A stretch of 64,000 nt of DNA from an uncultured Gemmatimonadales bacterium. Its GTDB lineage: Bacteria; Gemmatimonadota; Gemmatimonadetes; Longimicrobiales; RSA9. The position numbers and the translations under genes were made by a program. The notes under the pieces are model-generated. The model did not search any database, was not told the origin of the DNA, and saw only the letters and a list, made by a program, of their open reading frames with translations. The stretch lies in the NCBI GenBank assembly GCA_963741945.1, contig CAVUKA010000001.1:928001-992000 (forward strand), read 5' to 3'. Shown piece after piece: positions 43,937-53,415 of this stretch. Numbering within the stretch: position 1 is the stretch's first letter; every line of letters begins with the position of its first letter.

Positions 43937-44818
43937 CTACTCCAGGGCGGCGGCCCCGCCTACGATCTCCGAGATCTCCTGTGTGATCTGCGCCTGCCTC
44001 GCCCGATTGAACGTGCGGCGGAGGTTGTCCAGCATATCGCCGGCGTTGTCCGTCGCGTTCTTCATGGCCGTGCGCCGCGAGCCCTGCTCCGCCGCCGCCG
44101 TCTCCACCAGCGCCCGGTAGACCCGGTTGCGCACGTAGAGCGGGAGCAGCTCGTTCAGGATCTCGTCCGCCCCGGGCGAGAGGATGTAGTTGGCCGCCGA
44201 GGCTCCGCCCTGGCCTTCGGCTTCCTTCGGCGCGGGCGGCTCCACGGGCAGCACTTTCATCACCTTCGGCGGCGTCGACAGCGCGGACCGGAACTGGGCG
44301 TACACCACGTAGAGCGCGTCCAGCTCCCCGGCCACGAACGCGGCCATGAGGTCATCCACAAGCGACGCCGCGTGGTGGGGCTCCCGCCGGTCCGGGATGT
44401 CCGTGCGCGCCGCGGCCATCTCCCGCCCCTGGAAGCGGAAGAAGCCGATCCCCTTCTTCCCCACCACGTGCAGCGCCACACTCACGCCGTCGCCCTCGAG
44501 GTGGCGCACCAGCTCACGGGACTCGCGGATCAGGTTCACGTTGAACGCGCCCGCCAGGCCGCGATTGGACGTGAGCACGATCACCGCCGCATGGCGCACC
44601 TCCTCCGGCTGGCGCAGGAGCGGGTAGCGCTCGCGCAGCTCGGGGTCGGTGAGCCGGCCAATGACCTGCTCCAGCCGCTGTGAGTAGGGGCGCGCGGACT
44701 GCACCAGATCGGCCAGCTTCTTCAGCTTCGACGTCGCCACCATTTCCATGGTGCGCGTGATCTGGCGGATCTTCTCGATCGAGCGCAGCCGCCGCTTGAT
44801 TTCCCGGGTTTTCGCCAT
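43937..44818 (-). CDS. atpG: ATP synthase gamma subunit
   Basis: ITRTMEMVA, RGLAG, AMKNATDNA, RQAQITQEISEIVGGA. Confidence 0.98.
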   Translation of the reverse strand: MAKTREIKRRLRSIEKIRQITRTMEMVATSKLKKLADLVQSARPYSQRLEQVIGRLTDPELRERYPLLRQPEEVRHAAVIVLTSNRGLAGAFNVNLIRESRELVRHLEGDGVSVALHVVGKKGIGFFRFQGREMAAARTDIPDRREPHHAASLVDDLMAAFVAGELDALYVVYAQFRSALSTPPKVMKVLPVEPPAPKEAEGQGGASAANYILSPGADEILNELLPLYVRNRVYRALVETAAAEQGSRRTAMKNATDNAGDMLDNLRRTFNRARQAQITQEISEIVGGAAALE

Positions 44819-44836
44819 GAGCTCGCTCGGTCTCGG

Positions 44837-46429
44837 TTACTGCGCGCCCGCGCCGATCTCCACGGCCGGCGTCGCTTCGCCCGTGCCGTGCTCCGCCGCG
44901 AACCGGCGGTTGTACTCGTCGATGGCCGCCTTGAGCTTCCCGGTGGTCTCGTCGTCCACGACCTTCGTCTCCCGGATCGATGCCCCGACCTCCGGGCGCT
45001 GCTCCCGCATGAAGGCGTGGAAGCCCTCCTCCCAGGTCGGGATGCTCTCCACCGGGACCTCGTCCAGGTAGCCGTTGGTCACCGCGTAGATCACCATCAC
45101 CTGGTGCTCCATCGGGATCGGCGCGTACTGCGGCTGCTTCAGGATCTCCACCGTCCGCTCCCCTCGCGCCAGCTGGCGCTGCGTCGCGGCATCCAGGTCG
45201 GAGCCGAACTGCGCGAACGCCTCCAGCTCCCGGTACTGGGCCAGGTCCAGCCGCAGACGGCCCGCAACCTGGCGCATCGCCTTCGGCTGCGCGTTGCCGC
45301 CCACGCGGCTCACGCTGATCCCCACGTCCACCGCCGGCCGCACGCCGGAGTAGAAGAGGTCGGTGATCAGGAAGATCTGACCGTCCGTGATCGAGATCAC
45401 GTTCGTCGGGATGTACGCCGACACGTCGCCGGCCTGCGTCTCGATGATCGGCAGCGCCGTGAGCGACCCGCCGCCCTGCTCGTCGGACAGCTTGGCCGCG
45501 CGCTCCAGCAGGCGCGAGTGCAGGTAGAACACGTCGCCCGGGTACGCCTCGCGGCCCGGAGGCCGGCGCAGCACCAGCGACAGCTGGCGGTACGACTGCG
45601 CCTGCTTCGACAGGTCGTCGTAGATCACCAGCGTGTGCTTCCCCTGCCACATGAAGTGCTCCGCCAGCGCGCACGCGGAGTACGGCGCGATGTACTGCAG
45701 CGGCGCCGGGTCACTGGCGTTCGCGGCCACCACGATCGTGTAGTCCATGGCACCGTGCTCGCGCAGCGTCTCCACCACGCTCGCCACCTTCCCTGCCCGC
45801 TGCCCGATGGCGCAGTAGACGCAGATGACGTCGGTGTCCTTCTGGTTGATGATCGTATCGACTGCGACGGCCGTCTTCCCCGTACCGCGATCGCCGATGA
45901 TCAGCTCGCGCTGGCCCCGGCCAATGGGGATCATGGAGTCGATGGCCTTGATCCCCGTCTGGAGCGGCTCCTTCACCGGCTGCCGCAACACGATGCCAGG
46001 GGCGACAATGTCGATCTGGCGACGGTCGGTGGTCTCGATCGCGCCCTGCCCGTCCATGGGCTCCCCCAGCGGGTTCACCACGCGGCCGACGAACGCATCG
46101 CCCACGGGAATGTCCAGCACGCGCTCCGTTCGGCGAACGGCGTCGCCTTCCTGCAGCATCGCCCAGTCGCCCATGATGACGGCGCCGATATTGTCCTCTT
46201 CGAGGTTCAGCGCGAGCGCTGAGATCGGTTCGCCCGTCTTCGACGAGGTGATCTCCAGCATCTCACTCGCCATGGCGTTGGTGAGCCCGTAGATGCGGGC
46301 GACGCCGTCCTTCACCTCCAGGACCTCGCCGACCTCCTCGACTTCCAGCTCCTGGCCGAACTGCTCGATTTCCCGGAGCAGAACGTTCTTGATCTCGCTC
46401 GCGCGAAGCTGACCCTCGTTGGTTGCCAT
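44837..46429 (-). CDS. atpA: ATP synthase alpha subunit
   Basis: [37 protein letters not shown]. Confidence 0.99.
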   Translation of the reverse strand: MATNEGQLRASEIKNVLLREIEQFGQELEVEEVGEVLEVKDGVARIYGLTNAMASEMLEITSSKTGEPISALALNLEEDNIGAVIMGDWAMLQEGDAVRRTERVLDIPVGDAFVGRVVNPLGEPMDGQGAIETTDRRQIDIVAPGIVLRQPVKEPLQTGIKAIDSMIPIGRGQRELIIGDRGTGKTAVAVDTIINQKDTDVICVYCAIGQRAGKVASVVETLREHGAMDYTIVVAANASDPAPLQYIAPYSACALAEHFMWQGKHTLVIYDDLSKQAQSYRQLSLVLRRPPGREAYPGDVFYLHSRLLERAAKLSDEQGGGSLTALPIIETQAGDVSAYIPTNVISITDGQIFLITDLFYSGVRPAVDVGISVSRVGGNAQPKAMRQVAGRLRLDLAQYRELEAFAQFGSDLDAATQRQLARGERTVEILKQPQYAPIPMEHQVMVIYAVTNGYLDEVPVESIPTWEEGFHAFMREQRPEVGASIRETKVVDDETTGKLKAAIDEYNRRFAAEHGTGEATPAVEIGAGAQ

Positions 46430-46464
46430 GTCCCGCTACCGTTCCCGGTTCTCGAATGCTCCAG

Positions 46465-47034
46465 TTACGCGGACGCCGCCGGGAGTCCCGGCAGGTGCGC
46501 GTGCATCATCTCCCGCTTCAGCGACAGCAGCTGCCGCCTCAGCGATCCGTCCATGCACCGGTCCCCGAAGCGCACGATGAGCCCGCCCAGGATGGCCGGA
46601 TTCACCGTCACGTGGGGCACCACGTTCTTGCCCAGCATCGTGGAGAGGTCCTCGGCGATCTTCCGCTCCAGCATGGCGTCCGGCGCACGCGCAAGGGTGA
46701 CCTGGGAGTGCACTCGCCCCTCCTGCTCGTCCAGGAGCGCCTGGTACGCCGCCTCGATCGCCGCCAGCAGCCGCTGACGCCGCTTCGCGACCACCACCAG
46801 CACGAACCGGAGAAACAGGTCCGGAACCTGGCCCCGCAGCGCACGCTCGAGCACCGCCTGCTTCGGCCCCGCATCCACCGCCGGCGTCTCCAGGAACCGG
46901 CGAACGCGCGCATCCCCGCGCAGCGCCTCGGCGAGCCTGTGGAACGCTGCGGCGTACTCCTCCGCCGCGTTGTTGCGGTTCCCGAGCTCGAGGAGCGCGC
47001 CCGCATAGTTGCGGGCAATCGTCGTGTCCCTCAC
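46465..47034 (-). CDS. atpH: ATP synthase delta subunit
   Basis: IARNYA.AL, NPAILGG, DGSL; operon position. Confidence 0.95.
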   Translation of the reverse strand: MRDTTIARNYAGALLELGNRNNAAEEYAAAFHRLAEALRGDARVRRFLETPAVDAGPKQAVLERALRGQVPDLFLRFVLVVVAKRRQRLLAAIEAAYQALLDEQEGRVHSQVTLARAPDAMLERKIAEDLSTMLGKNVVPHVTVNPAILGGLIVRFGDRCMDGSLRRQLLSLKREMMHAHLPGLPAASA

Positions 47035-47619
47035 TCAAGCCACTCCCGCGCCCTTCGGGGCGCCGCTCGCCTGTGCACGATCCAGGTACGCGGTGACGAT
47101 CCGACGATCCTCCTCCGCGTCGATTCGCTGCCCGAGCAGGTGGGCCGCCGCCGCAATGGAGAGCTCCACGGCTTCGCGCCGCAGCGACTCCACCGCCTGT
47201 TCGCGCTCGCGCTCGATCTCCCGCCGCGCCCGCGCGATGACCTCCTCCTGGTCGGCCTTGGCCCGGGACACCAGCTCCTGGCGCACCTTCTCCGCGTCCT
47301 GCTTTCCCTGCGCGATGATCTGCTGCGCCTCCTCGCGGGCCTTGGCCAGGTCGCGACGCTGCGCTTCCAGCGCCGCCTGCGCCTCGTCTCGCGCTTCCTT
47401 CGCCTCGTCCAGGTTCTGCTGGATACGGTCCTCACGCGCCTGGGCGTAGCCGAGGATCGGCGGGTACGCCCACTTCCAGAGCACGAACAGCAGCGTGAAG
47501 AAGATGATCAGCGTCCAGAATGACGTCGACATGCTCAGGTTGAACACGTTCGGCGCCTCTTCCGCTGCCCCTTCCGCGGCGTGCACCGTGCCCTGGACCG
47601 CAAGCCAGATGAGATTCAT
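47035..47619 (-). CDS. atpF: ATP synthase Fo subunit b
   Basis: N-terminal TM (FWTLIIF...KWAYPPI) followed by a long coiled coil. Confidence 0.95.
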   Translation of the reverse strand: MNLIWLAVQGTVHAAEGAAEEAPNVFNLSMSTSFWTLIIFFTLLFVLWKWAYPPILGYAQAREDRIQQNLDEAKEARDEAQAALEAQRRDLAKAREEAQQIIAQGKQDAEKVRQELVSRAKADQEEVIARARREIEREREQAVESLRREAVELSIAAAAHLLGQRIDAEEDRRIVTAYLDRAQASGAPKGAGVA

Positions 47620-47713
47620 GTCGTTCCCAGCGTTCAGCGTTCGGAGTTCCTGTCGCCATCACCTCGCCCGTCGGGCCGCCGGACGTGGCCGGCGACCCCC
47701 GGGCAGGGCTATG

Positions 47714-47989
47714 TCAGATCAGGAACGCAATGACCAGCGAGAACAGCGCGACACCTTCGATCAGTGCCGCCAGAATGATCGACGCCGTCTGGATGTTGGC
47801 CGCGATCTCCGGCTGACGCGCCATCCCGGCGGTCATCCCGCTGCCGATCCAGCCAATCCCCACGCCCGCGCCCACCACCGTGATCCCGGCGCCGACCGCC
47901 TTGCCGAAATTCGCCAGGTAGCCGGTCACCTCGCCGGTCATCCCGCCGGCCGCCAGGCCTTCCTGAAGCGCTGCAAGAAAGTGGAACAT
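47714..47989 (-). CDS. atpE: ATP synthase Fo subunit c (proton type)
   Basis: GAGVGIG, ARQPE, LIEGVALF. Confidence 0.97.
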   Translation of the reverse strand: MFHFLAALQEGLAAGGMTGEVTGYLANFGKAVGAGITVVGAGVGIGWIGSGMTAGMARQPEIAANIQTASIILAALIEGVALFSLVIAFLI

Positions 47990-48264
47990 CCCTGTCTCCG
48001 TTCAGTTGATCGGGGGTCCTTTTCGTCTTCCGCTCCTCGGCCACGCCGGACGTCCCCCGGACGCCCGCTCCGGCCGTCACCGCTTCACGGGCCTCCGGCC
48101 CCGCGGCTCTCCACCGGCACCCTGCCGGCTGACATACGACGGGGGCGCTGGAGCGCTGGCCTCCCGAAGCCGCGTCACTCCGGACGGACGCGGTCGCCCA
48201 CCTGCCAATGGTCCCGCCGCCTGCTTCCCGCTACCGAACGCCGCCCGGCAATGACTTCAATGCT

Positions 48265-49161
48265 TCAATGCGCGTGGCGGATCAGCCCGATGAACACGGC
48301 GCTCAGCATGGCGAAGATGTAGGCCTGGAGGAATCCCACGAAGATCTCCAGGAGCATGATCGCCACGGCCATGAGAACGGGCGCCGGCACCACCCACACC
48401 GCGCTGGCTCCCACGGCCATGACCGCGAGCCCCGTAAGCGCGAGCACCACGGCGTGCCCTGCGGTCATGTTCGCGTACAGCCGGATCGCCAGGGCGAACG
48501 GCTTGGTGAGCTTCCCCAGGAACTCCACGGGGGTCATGATCACCACCATCAGGTACTTCCCGACCCCGCTCATCCCGGCGGGGGCGTAGAAGATCGTGCG
48601 CAGCCAGTTCTGGAGCCCCAGCTGCCGCAGACCGCTCACTTCCACGGTCAGGAACGTGACCACGGCCAGCGCGGCCGTGACCGAGATGTTCCCCGTGGGC
48701 GACGCCCCCCACGGCAGCAGGCCCAGCAGGTTGCAGAAGAGGATGAAGAAAAAGACCGAGATGATGTACGGGTAGAACGCCTCGCCGTGCGGGCCCAGGT
48801 TCGGCTTGGCCACTTCATCGCGGAGGAAGAGAATGAACACCTCCACCACGTTGTGGTGCCCCTTCGGCCCTCGCTTCGCGCCCGCCTCGTGCTCGCGCTT
48901 CGCCCGCCCCGCCGCCGGGATCAGCACCAGCGCCACCAGGACCGCAGCGATCATCATGAACAGCACGTGCTTGGTGATCGAGAAGTCCATCACAAGCGGC
49001 CCGAGGTGGACCGGCTCGAACTGCGGCAGGTGGACCGTCCACGGCCCCACTTCCCACTCCGGCGAGTCCGCCAGGTGGTGCAGGATCATCTCCTGTATGT
49101 CGAACCCGCCCCGGGCTTCCTGGGCGGCGGCCTGCAGCAACGGTTGAATCATGCCCACCAT
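48265..49161 (-). CDS. atpB: ATP synthase Fo subunit a
   Basis: NLLGLLP, ALAIRLYANMTAGH, LQAYIF. Confidence 0.97.
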   Translation of the reverse strand: MVGMIQPLLQAAAQEARGGFDIQEMILHHLADSPEWEVGPWTVHLPQFEPVHLGPLVMDFSITKHVLFMMIAAVLVALVLIPAAGRAKREHEAGAKRGPKGHHNVVEVFILFLRDEVAKPNLGPHGEAFYPYIISVFFFILFCNLLGLLPWGASPTGNISVTAALAVVTFLTVEVSGLRQLGLQNWLRTIFYAPAGMSGVGKYLMVVIMTPVEFLGKLTKPFALAIRLYANMTAGHAVVLALTGLAVMAVGASAVWVVPAPVLMAVAIMLLEIFVGFLQAYIFAMLSAVFIGLIRHAH

Positions 49162-49518
49162 TCACTCAGCAAGTCGCAGAAACAGTGGCTCCAGCAGCAC
49201 CAGCACCATCAAGAACCCCACGAGGCTGAGAAGCGCCGACGCCGGGTCCATCGCCGTCCCCCGCGTCACCCACAACGCCACGGCACCCACCGCCGCCAAC
49301 CGCAGCAGCATGCCCGACGCCCAGCCCACCACGAACCCGTGCCCCCGACGTCGTCCCGCGAGTAGCGCCGCGTAGGCCATCAACTGCACCGGCCACGCGA
49401 TCACCGCCGCCAGCCACACCGCGCGCGGATCCGCCCCACCCACCACCGCCAGGATCACCATCACCAGCCCCACCAGCAACACGGCGCTCCCTGCCGCGTA
49501 GGCGAACCAGCTCAACAT
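49162..49518 (-). CDS. AtpI-like 4-TM membrane protein
   Basis: Four hydrophobic segments; lies between the atpZ-like gene and atpB with coupled start/stop. Confidence 0.75.
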   Translation of the reverse strand: MLSWFAYAAGSAVLLVGLVMVILAVVGGADPRAVWLAAVIAWPVQLMAYAALLAGRRRGHGFVVGWASGMLLRLAAVGAVALWVTRGTAMDPASALLSLVGFLMVLVLLEPLFLRLAE

Positions 49519-49784
49519 CAATCCCCGCCTCGCTTCTCGTCAGGGCCGCGCTGCCCAGGTACCTCGATCAGATGGTGGTACATGTGGTAGAACCCCGCCG
49601 CCGCTCCCAGAAATGCGCCAAGGAGCGCGAGCCAGGGTTCCGTATGCAGCCAGTCGTCGGCCTTCGTGCCGAGCCACAGGAACAGCAGCGTGCTCGCTAC
49701 CCACGTCAGACCGTAGCCCAGATACTCGCCAACTCCGGTCGACGACGATTGGCCTTCCGAACCCCCCCCACGACCATCCGCCAC
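49518..49784 (-). CDS. AtpZ/AtpI (ATPase gene 1) family protein
   Basis: LG..ADDWLHTEPW...GAFLG.AAGF pattern; first gene of the atp operon. Confidence 0.85.
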   Translation of the reverse strand: MADGRGGGSEGQSSSTGVGEYLGYGLTWVASTLLFLWLGTKADDWLHTEPWLALLGAFLGAAAGFYHMYHHLIEVPGQRGPDEKRGGD

Positions 49785-49820
49785 GGCTGCCGCCCTCTTC
49801 TCCGGGTCGTGCCGAACGCG

Positions 49821-49849
49821 AACCTACGGCTTTGTGAAAAAATGCGCAA
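49821..49849 (-). promoter_or_regulatory. Sigma70-type atp promoter overlapped by a Rex-like operator (49832-49849)
   Basis: Minus strand TTGCGC-17 nt-TAGGTT; plus strand TTGTGAA-AAAA-TGCGCAA vs Rex consensus TTGTGAA-N4-TTCACAA. Confidence 0.6.
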
Positions 49850-49880
49850 GCACTGCCGCAGGCCCCGGCACGACCCCGGT

Positions 49881-49910
49881 TTGACTCCCTTCGCGCACGG
49901 TCTCTATCTT
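49881..49910 (+). promoter_or_regulatory. Sigma70-type promoter candidate, divergent from atp
   Basis: TTGACT-18 nt-TATCTT. Confidence 0.5.
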
Positions 49911-49958
49911 GCACCCTCATGGCTTTCCTGCAATGCCCACCGCGTTCATGGAGGGGAT

Positions 49959-50399
49959 ATGCGCGCTGTTCCCGCGCTGCTCCTGAGTCTTGTGATCCTG
50001 AACTGCGGCGCTCCCCCGGAGGCGCAAGTGGCAGGAACGGGCAATGAGCCCGGAGTCGAAGAGATGGCGGCCTCCCTCGAGGTGTACGTGCGCCCCGCCG
50101 GGGTGCACCTGGTGCTCCATGTGACGAACGCCGGTAAGCGGCCGGTAGCGTTCGTGTTCCCGACGTCGCAGCGCAGCGATTTCGCCATCTACGCGGCGGG
50201 CGGAGATCGGGTGTGGCGCTGGTCGGATGGAATGTCGTTTCTGCAGGTGGTCGCGGAGGACACGTTAGCGGCGGGTGAGACGTGGGCGATGGAGGCGGAC
50301 TGGAAACCCGGGGCTGGCGCCGGCGCATACGAAGCGCGCGGGTGGCTCACGGCGCGGGAGGGGCACCTGGAACAGACAACCTCCTTCACGCTGCCGTGA
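49959..50399 (+). CDS. Exported BsuPI (intracellular proteinase inhibitor)-like Ig-fold protein
   Basis: GGAGGGG RBS; signal peptide with Cys; VTN.G..PV...FPTSQR.DF, VWRWSDGMSFLQ. Confidence 0.8.
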   Translation: MRAVPALLLSLVILNCGAPPEAQVAGTGNEPGVEEMAASLEVYVRPAGVHLVLHVTNAGKRPVAFVFPTSQRSDFAIYAAGGDRVWRWSDGMSFLQVVAEDTLAAGETWAMEADWKPGAGAGAYEARGWLTAREGHLEQTTSFTLP

Positions 50400-50582
50400 G
50401 GGGCTCATGGAAGTCCGGGAGGCGGCCAGCCCGTCCGGAGGGGCGGACGTGGGCGATGTCGACGGAGGCCGTACGCCGCAGCGCGGCGGGCGAAGCGGAC
50501 GAGCTCATCGAGCCCGGCAGGAAATGGACGTAGACCGAAGTAGTCGAAAGGCGGAGGAGCCTCCTCACCGAAGGCGGACCGG

Positions 50583-51914
50583 GTGATCGGTCTTGCCGCC
50601 GCTCTCGTTCTCTCTCTGGCCCTCTCCGCCTTCCTGACTGCGGCAGAGGTGGCCCTCTTCTCCCTCGGCGACGCCCGCATCCGCAGCATGGTCGAGGGTG
50701 GCACGAGCGCGCTCGCGCGCATCCGGGCGCGGCCCCGTGCGCTCCTGGTTCTCCTCCGCTTCGGCGACGGCTTCGCGGCCGTGGTGGCGGGAGCCTCGGC
50801 ATTCCGCCTCGGTCACATCCTCGTCCCCGTCTGGGGCGGCCTGATCGGGATCCTGGTGGCCTCGGTGCTGCTCGTGGCCGTGGGCGAACTCTGGCCCCGT
50901 CGCATCCTGCCGGACCGGGGCGTGCGCTTCGCCGTGGCCATCGCGCCCATGATGCTCGCCCTGAGCCGGGTCCTGCGCCCGATCCTCTATCCGCTCGAAC
51001 GCATGACGGCCTCGCTGCCGGAGCCCCGTCTGACGTCGGTGACCGAGATCACCGAGTCGGAGCTCCGCCAGCTCACCGCGCTGGGGCGGAGCGAAGGCGC
51101 GATCGACGAGCACGAAGGTCAGATCATCGAGCGAGCGTTCCGCCTCGAGGACACGCATGTCTGGGACATCATGACGCCGCGCGTGGACATCTTCGCCTGG
51201 CCGGATTCCCTGACGCTGGAGCAGATCGTGCCCCAGGTGGGGAGCGTCCCCTTCTCCCGCGTCCCCGTGTACGGCGAGTCCATCGATGACGTCACCGGCG
51301 TCCTGTACCTGCGCGATGCGTATCAGGCGCTGGTCGCGGGGCAGAAGGAGATGCCGCTGCGCAGCCTGGCACGCCAACCGCTGGTGGTTCCCGGCTCGCT
51401 CCCGCTCACGCGGCTGCTCCGGGATTTCCAGAATCGCCGCATCCACCTCGCGCTCGTGGTGGATGAGTACGGCGGGATCGATGGCCTGGTGACGCTCGAG
51501 GACGTGATCGAGGAGCTCGTCGGCGAGATCGAGGACGAGACGGATGTGACGGAAGTCTCCATCGTGCGCATCTCCCGGAACGAGATCATCGCGGAGGGCG
51601 ACACGGAGCTGCGCGAGATCAACCACCTGTTCAACGCGGCGCTGCCGCTCCTGGAGCACCGCTCCCTCAACGGGTACCTCATGGAAGAGCTGGGTCGGGT
51701 GCCGCAGCCCAAAGAGACGCTGAAGCGCCAGGGGTTGGAGATCGAGGTGCTGGATGCGTCGGAGACCCAGGTGATGCGCGCACGCATCAGCCGCCTCCCC
51801 GGCTCCGGCGATCCGGCTGCGGGCGACGCTGCGGGAGCCGGTCCGTCAGCCGAGCAGGGCGACGCAGACTCGCAGCCGCACCGCGCGGAGGGGCAGCAGT
51901 GGAGGGGAGCGTAG
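50583..51914 (+). CDS. Hemolysin/CNNM-CBS-CorC family membrane protein (Mg2+ transport related)
   Basis: SAFLTAAEVALFS, GELWP, IMTPRVD, FSRVPVY, VVDEYGG, LEDVIEELVGEIEDE. Confidence 0.93.
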   Translation: MIGLAAALVLSLALSAFLTAAEVALFSLGDARIRSMVEGGTSALARIRARPRALLVLLRFGDGFAAVVAGASAFRLGHILVPVWGGLIGILVASVLLVAVGELWPRRILPDRGVRFAVAIAPMMLALSRVLRPILYPLERMTASLPEPRLTSVTEITESELRQLTALGRSEGAIDEHEGQIIERAFRLEDTHVWDIMTPRVDIFAWPDSLTLEQIVPQVGSVPFSRVPVYGESIDDVTGVLYLRDAYQALVAGQKEMPLRSLARQPLVVPGSLPLTRLLRDFQNRRIHLALVVDEYGGIDGLVTLEDVIEELVGEIEDETDVTEVSIVRISRNEIIAEGDTELREINHLFNAALPLLEHRSLNGYLMEELGRVPQPKETLKRQGLEIEVLDASETQVMRARISRLPGSGDPAAGDAAGAGPSAEQGDADSQPHRAEGQQWRGA

Positions 51915-52876
51915 TGTCCGGCGACCCCGATGCCCGTGCGGTCTTCGAAGCGCGCGTCCGTCTGGCCGGTGTGGCACGCGACACGCCGCTCCAGCACTCG
52001 GCGTGGCTGAGCGACGTCGCCGGTCACCCCGTCTACCTCAAGCTGGAGTGCTGGCAGCGAACCGGCTCATTCAAGCTGCGTGGCGCGTACAACGCCGTCG
52101 CGGCGCTGACCACCGAGGCCCGGCAGCGTGGGCTGCTCACGGCTTCGGCCGGCAACCATGGCCAGGCGGTGGCGCTGGCTGCCCGTCTCCTCGGCGCTCG
52201 GGCCGTGGTGGTGGTGCCGGGCTCGGCCCCGGAGACCAAGAAGCGGCGGATCCGTGCCTATGGCGCCGAGCTCCGTGAAGTGGACGGCACGTACGACGAC
52301 GCCGCTGTTGTCGCCGCCCGGCTCGCCCGCGATTCGGGCGCCCGAAACATCCACGGCTTCGCCGACGCGGCGGTCGTGGCCGGGCAGGGCACGGTGGGTC
52401 TCGAGATTCTGGAAGCGTTGCCGGCGGTCCGGGACGTTCTCGCGCCCGTGGGCGGCGGCGGCCTGATCGCGGGGCTGGGCATCATCTTCCGGGCGCTGGC
52501 CGGTCAGGAGACGCGCATCCTCGGGGTCCAATCGGAGCGCACGCGTGCCATGCACGCCGCCTTCGACGCCGGCCGGGTGGTCCCCACGCCCTGGGAGGAG
52601 ACCCTGTGCGATGGGCTGGCCGGTGAGGTCGAGCCGGAGAGCTACGCCCGGGCGCGGCGGGTGGTGGACGCCATCGACCTCGTCCCCGAGGACCGGGTAG
52701 GCCCGGCGATCCGGGCGTTGTACGAGCACGAGGGGGTGGTGGCGGAAGGGTCCGGGGCGGTCGGCGTGGCCGCGCTCATGGCGGGCACCGTGGAGCTCCG
52801 AGGGCCGACCGTCGTGGTGATCAGCGGGGGCAACATCGATGGCAGCGCCCTCGCCCGCATCCTGGCAGGGAGCTGA
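51914..52876 (+). CDS. PLP-dependent threonine/serine dehydratase family protein
   Basis: LKLECWQRTGSFKLRGA, SAGNHG, PVGGGGL, ISGGN. Confidence 0.92.
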   Translation: MSGDPDARAVFEARVRLAGVARDTPLQHSAWLSDVAGHPVYLKLECWQRTGSFKLRGAYNAVAALTTEARQRGLLTASAGNHGQAVALAARLLGARAVVVVPGSAPETKKRRIRAYGAELREVDGTYDDAAVVAARLARDSGARNIHGFADAAVVAGQGTVGLEILEALPAVRDVLAPVGGGGLIAGLGIIFRALAGQETRILGVQSERTRAMHAAFDAGRVVPTPWEETLCDGLAGEVEPESYARARRVVDAIDLVPEDRVGPAIRALYEHEGVVAEGSGAVGVAALMAGTVELRGPTVVVISGGNIDGSALARILAGS

Positions 52877-53415
52877 TGGCGCACATCATTCCGTTCGGCG
52901 GACACACGCCCCGAATCCATCCCACGGCCTTCGTTGCGCCCACCGCCGTGCTCATCGGGGATGTGGAGGTGGGGGAGGAATCCAGCATCTGGTTCGGCGC
53001 GGTCCTGCGTGGCGATCACCCGGAGCACGGGATCAGGATCGGCCGGCGCACCAGTGTTCAGGACAACTGCGTTCTCCACGTGAGCGCCGACGGCCCCACG
53101 CTCGTGGGGGATGATGTCACCATCGGACACGGCGCGGTATTCGAGAGCTGCGAGATCGGGGATGGTGCGCTCATCGGAATGAACGCCGTCCTGCTGCACC
53201 ACGTGGTGGTCGGTGAGCGCGCCCTTGTGGCCGCGCTCAGCGTTGTGCCCTCGGAGATGGCGGTACCGCCGGGAACCGTGGTGGCGGGCGCGCCCGCGAC
53301 GGTGCGGAAGGAGCTGGCGGGGGAGTCCGCGGACTGGATCGAGGTGGGCGCGTCGCATTATGTCGAGCTTTCGCGGCGCTACCTGGCCATGGCGCGGCCG
53401 GAGGCCGAGCGATGA
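52876..53415 (+). CDS. Gamma-carbonic anhydrase family protein
   Basis: IGDVEVG, VLRGD, VQDNCVLH, TIGHGA hexapeptide repeats. Confidence 0.92.
   Translation: MAHIIPFGGHTPRIHPTAFVAPTAVLIGDVEVGEESSIWFGAVLRGDHPEHGIRIGRRTSVQDNCVLHVSADGPTLVGDDVTIGHGAVFESCEIGDGALIGMNAVLLHHVVVGERALVAALSVVPSEMAVPPGTVVAGAPATVRKELAGESADWIEVGASHYVELSRRYLAMARPEAER

Noticed and set aside
47714-47989. Na+-translocating or N-type ATPase
   Set aside because: Subunit c has IEGVALF without the Gln and Glu-Ser/Thr sodium ligands; gene order is the standard F-type.
50456-50533. Short ORF MSTEAVRRSAAG...GRK resembling the PunA N-terminus (MSTEAVRRAAEF...GRK)
   Set aside because: Most synonymous positions differ, so it is not a recent duplication; 25 codons, no clear RBS; treated as coincidence.
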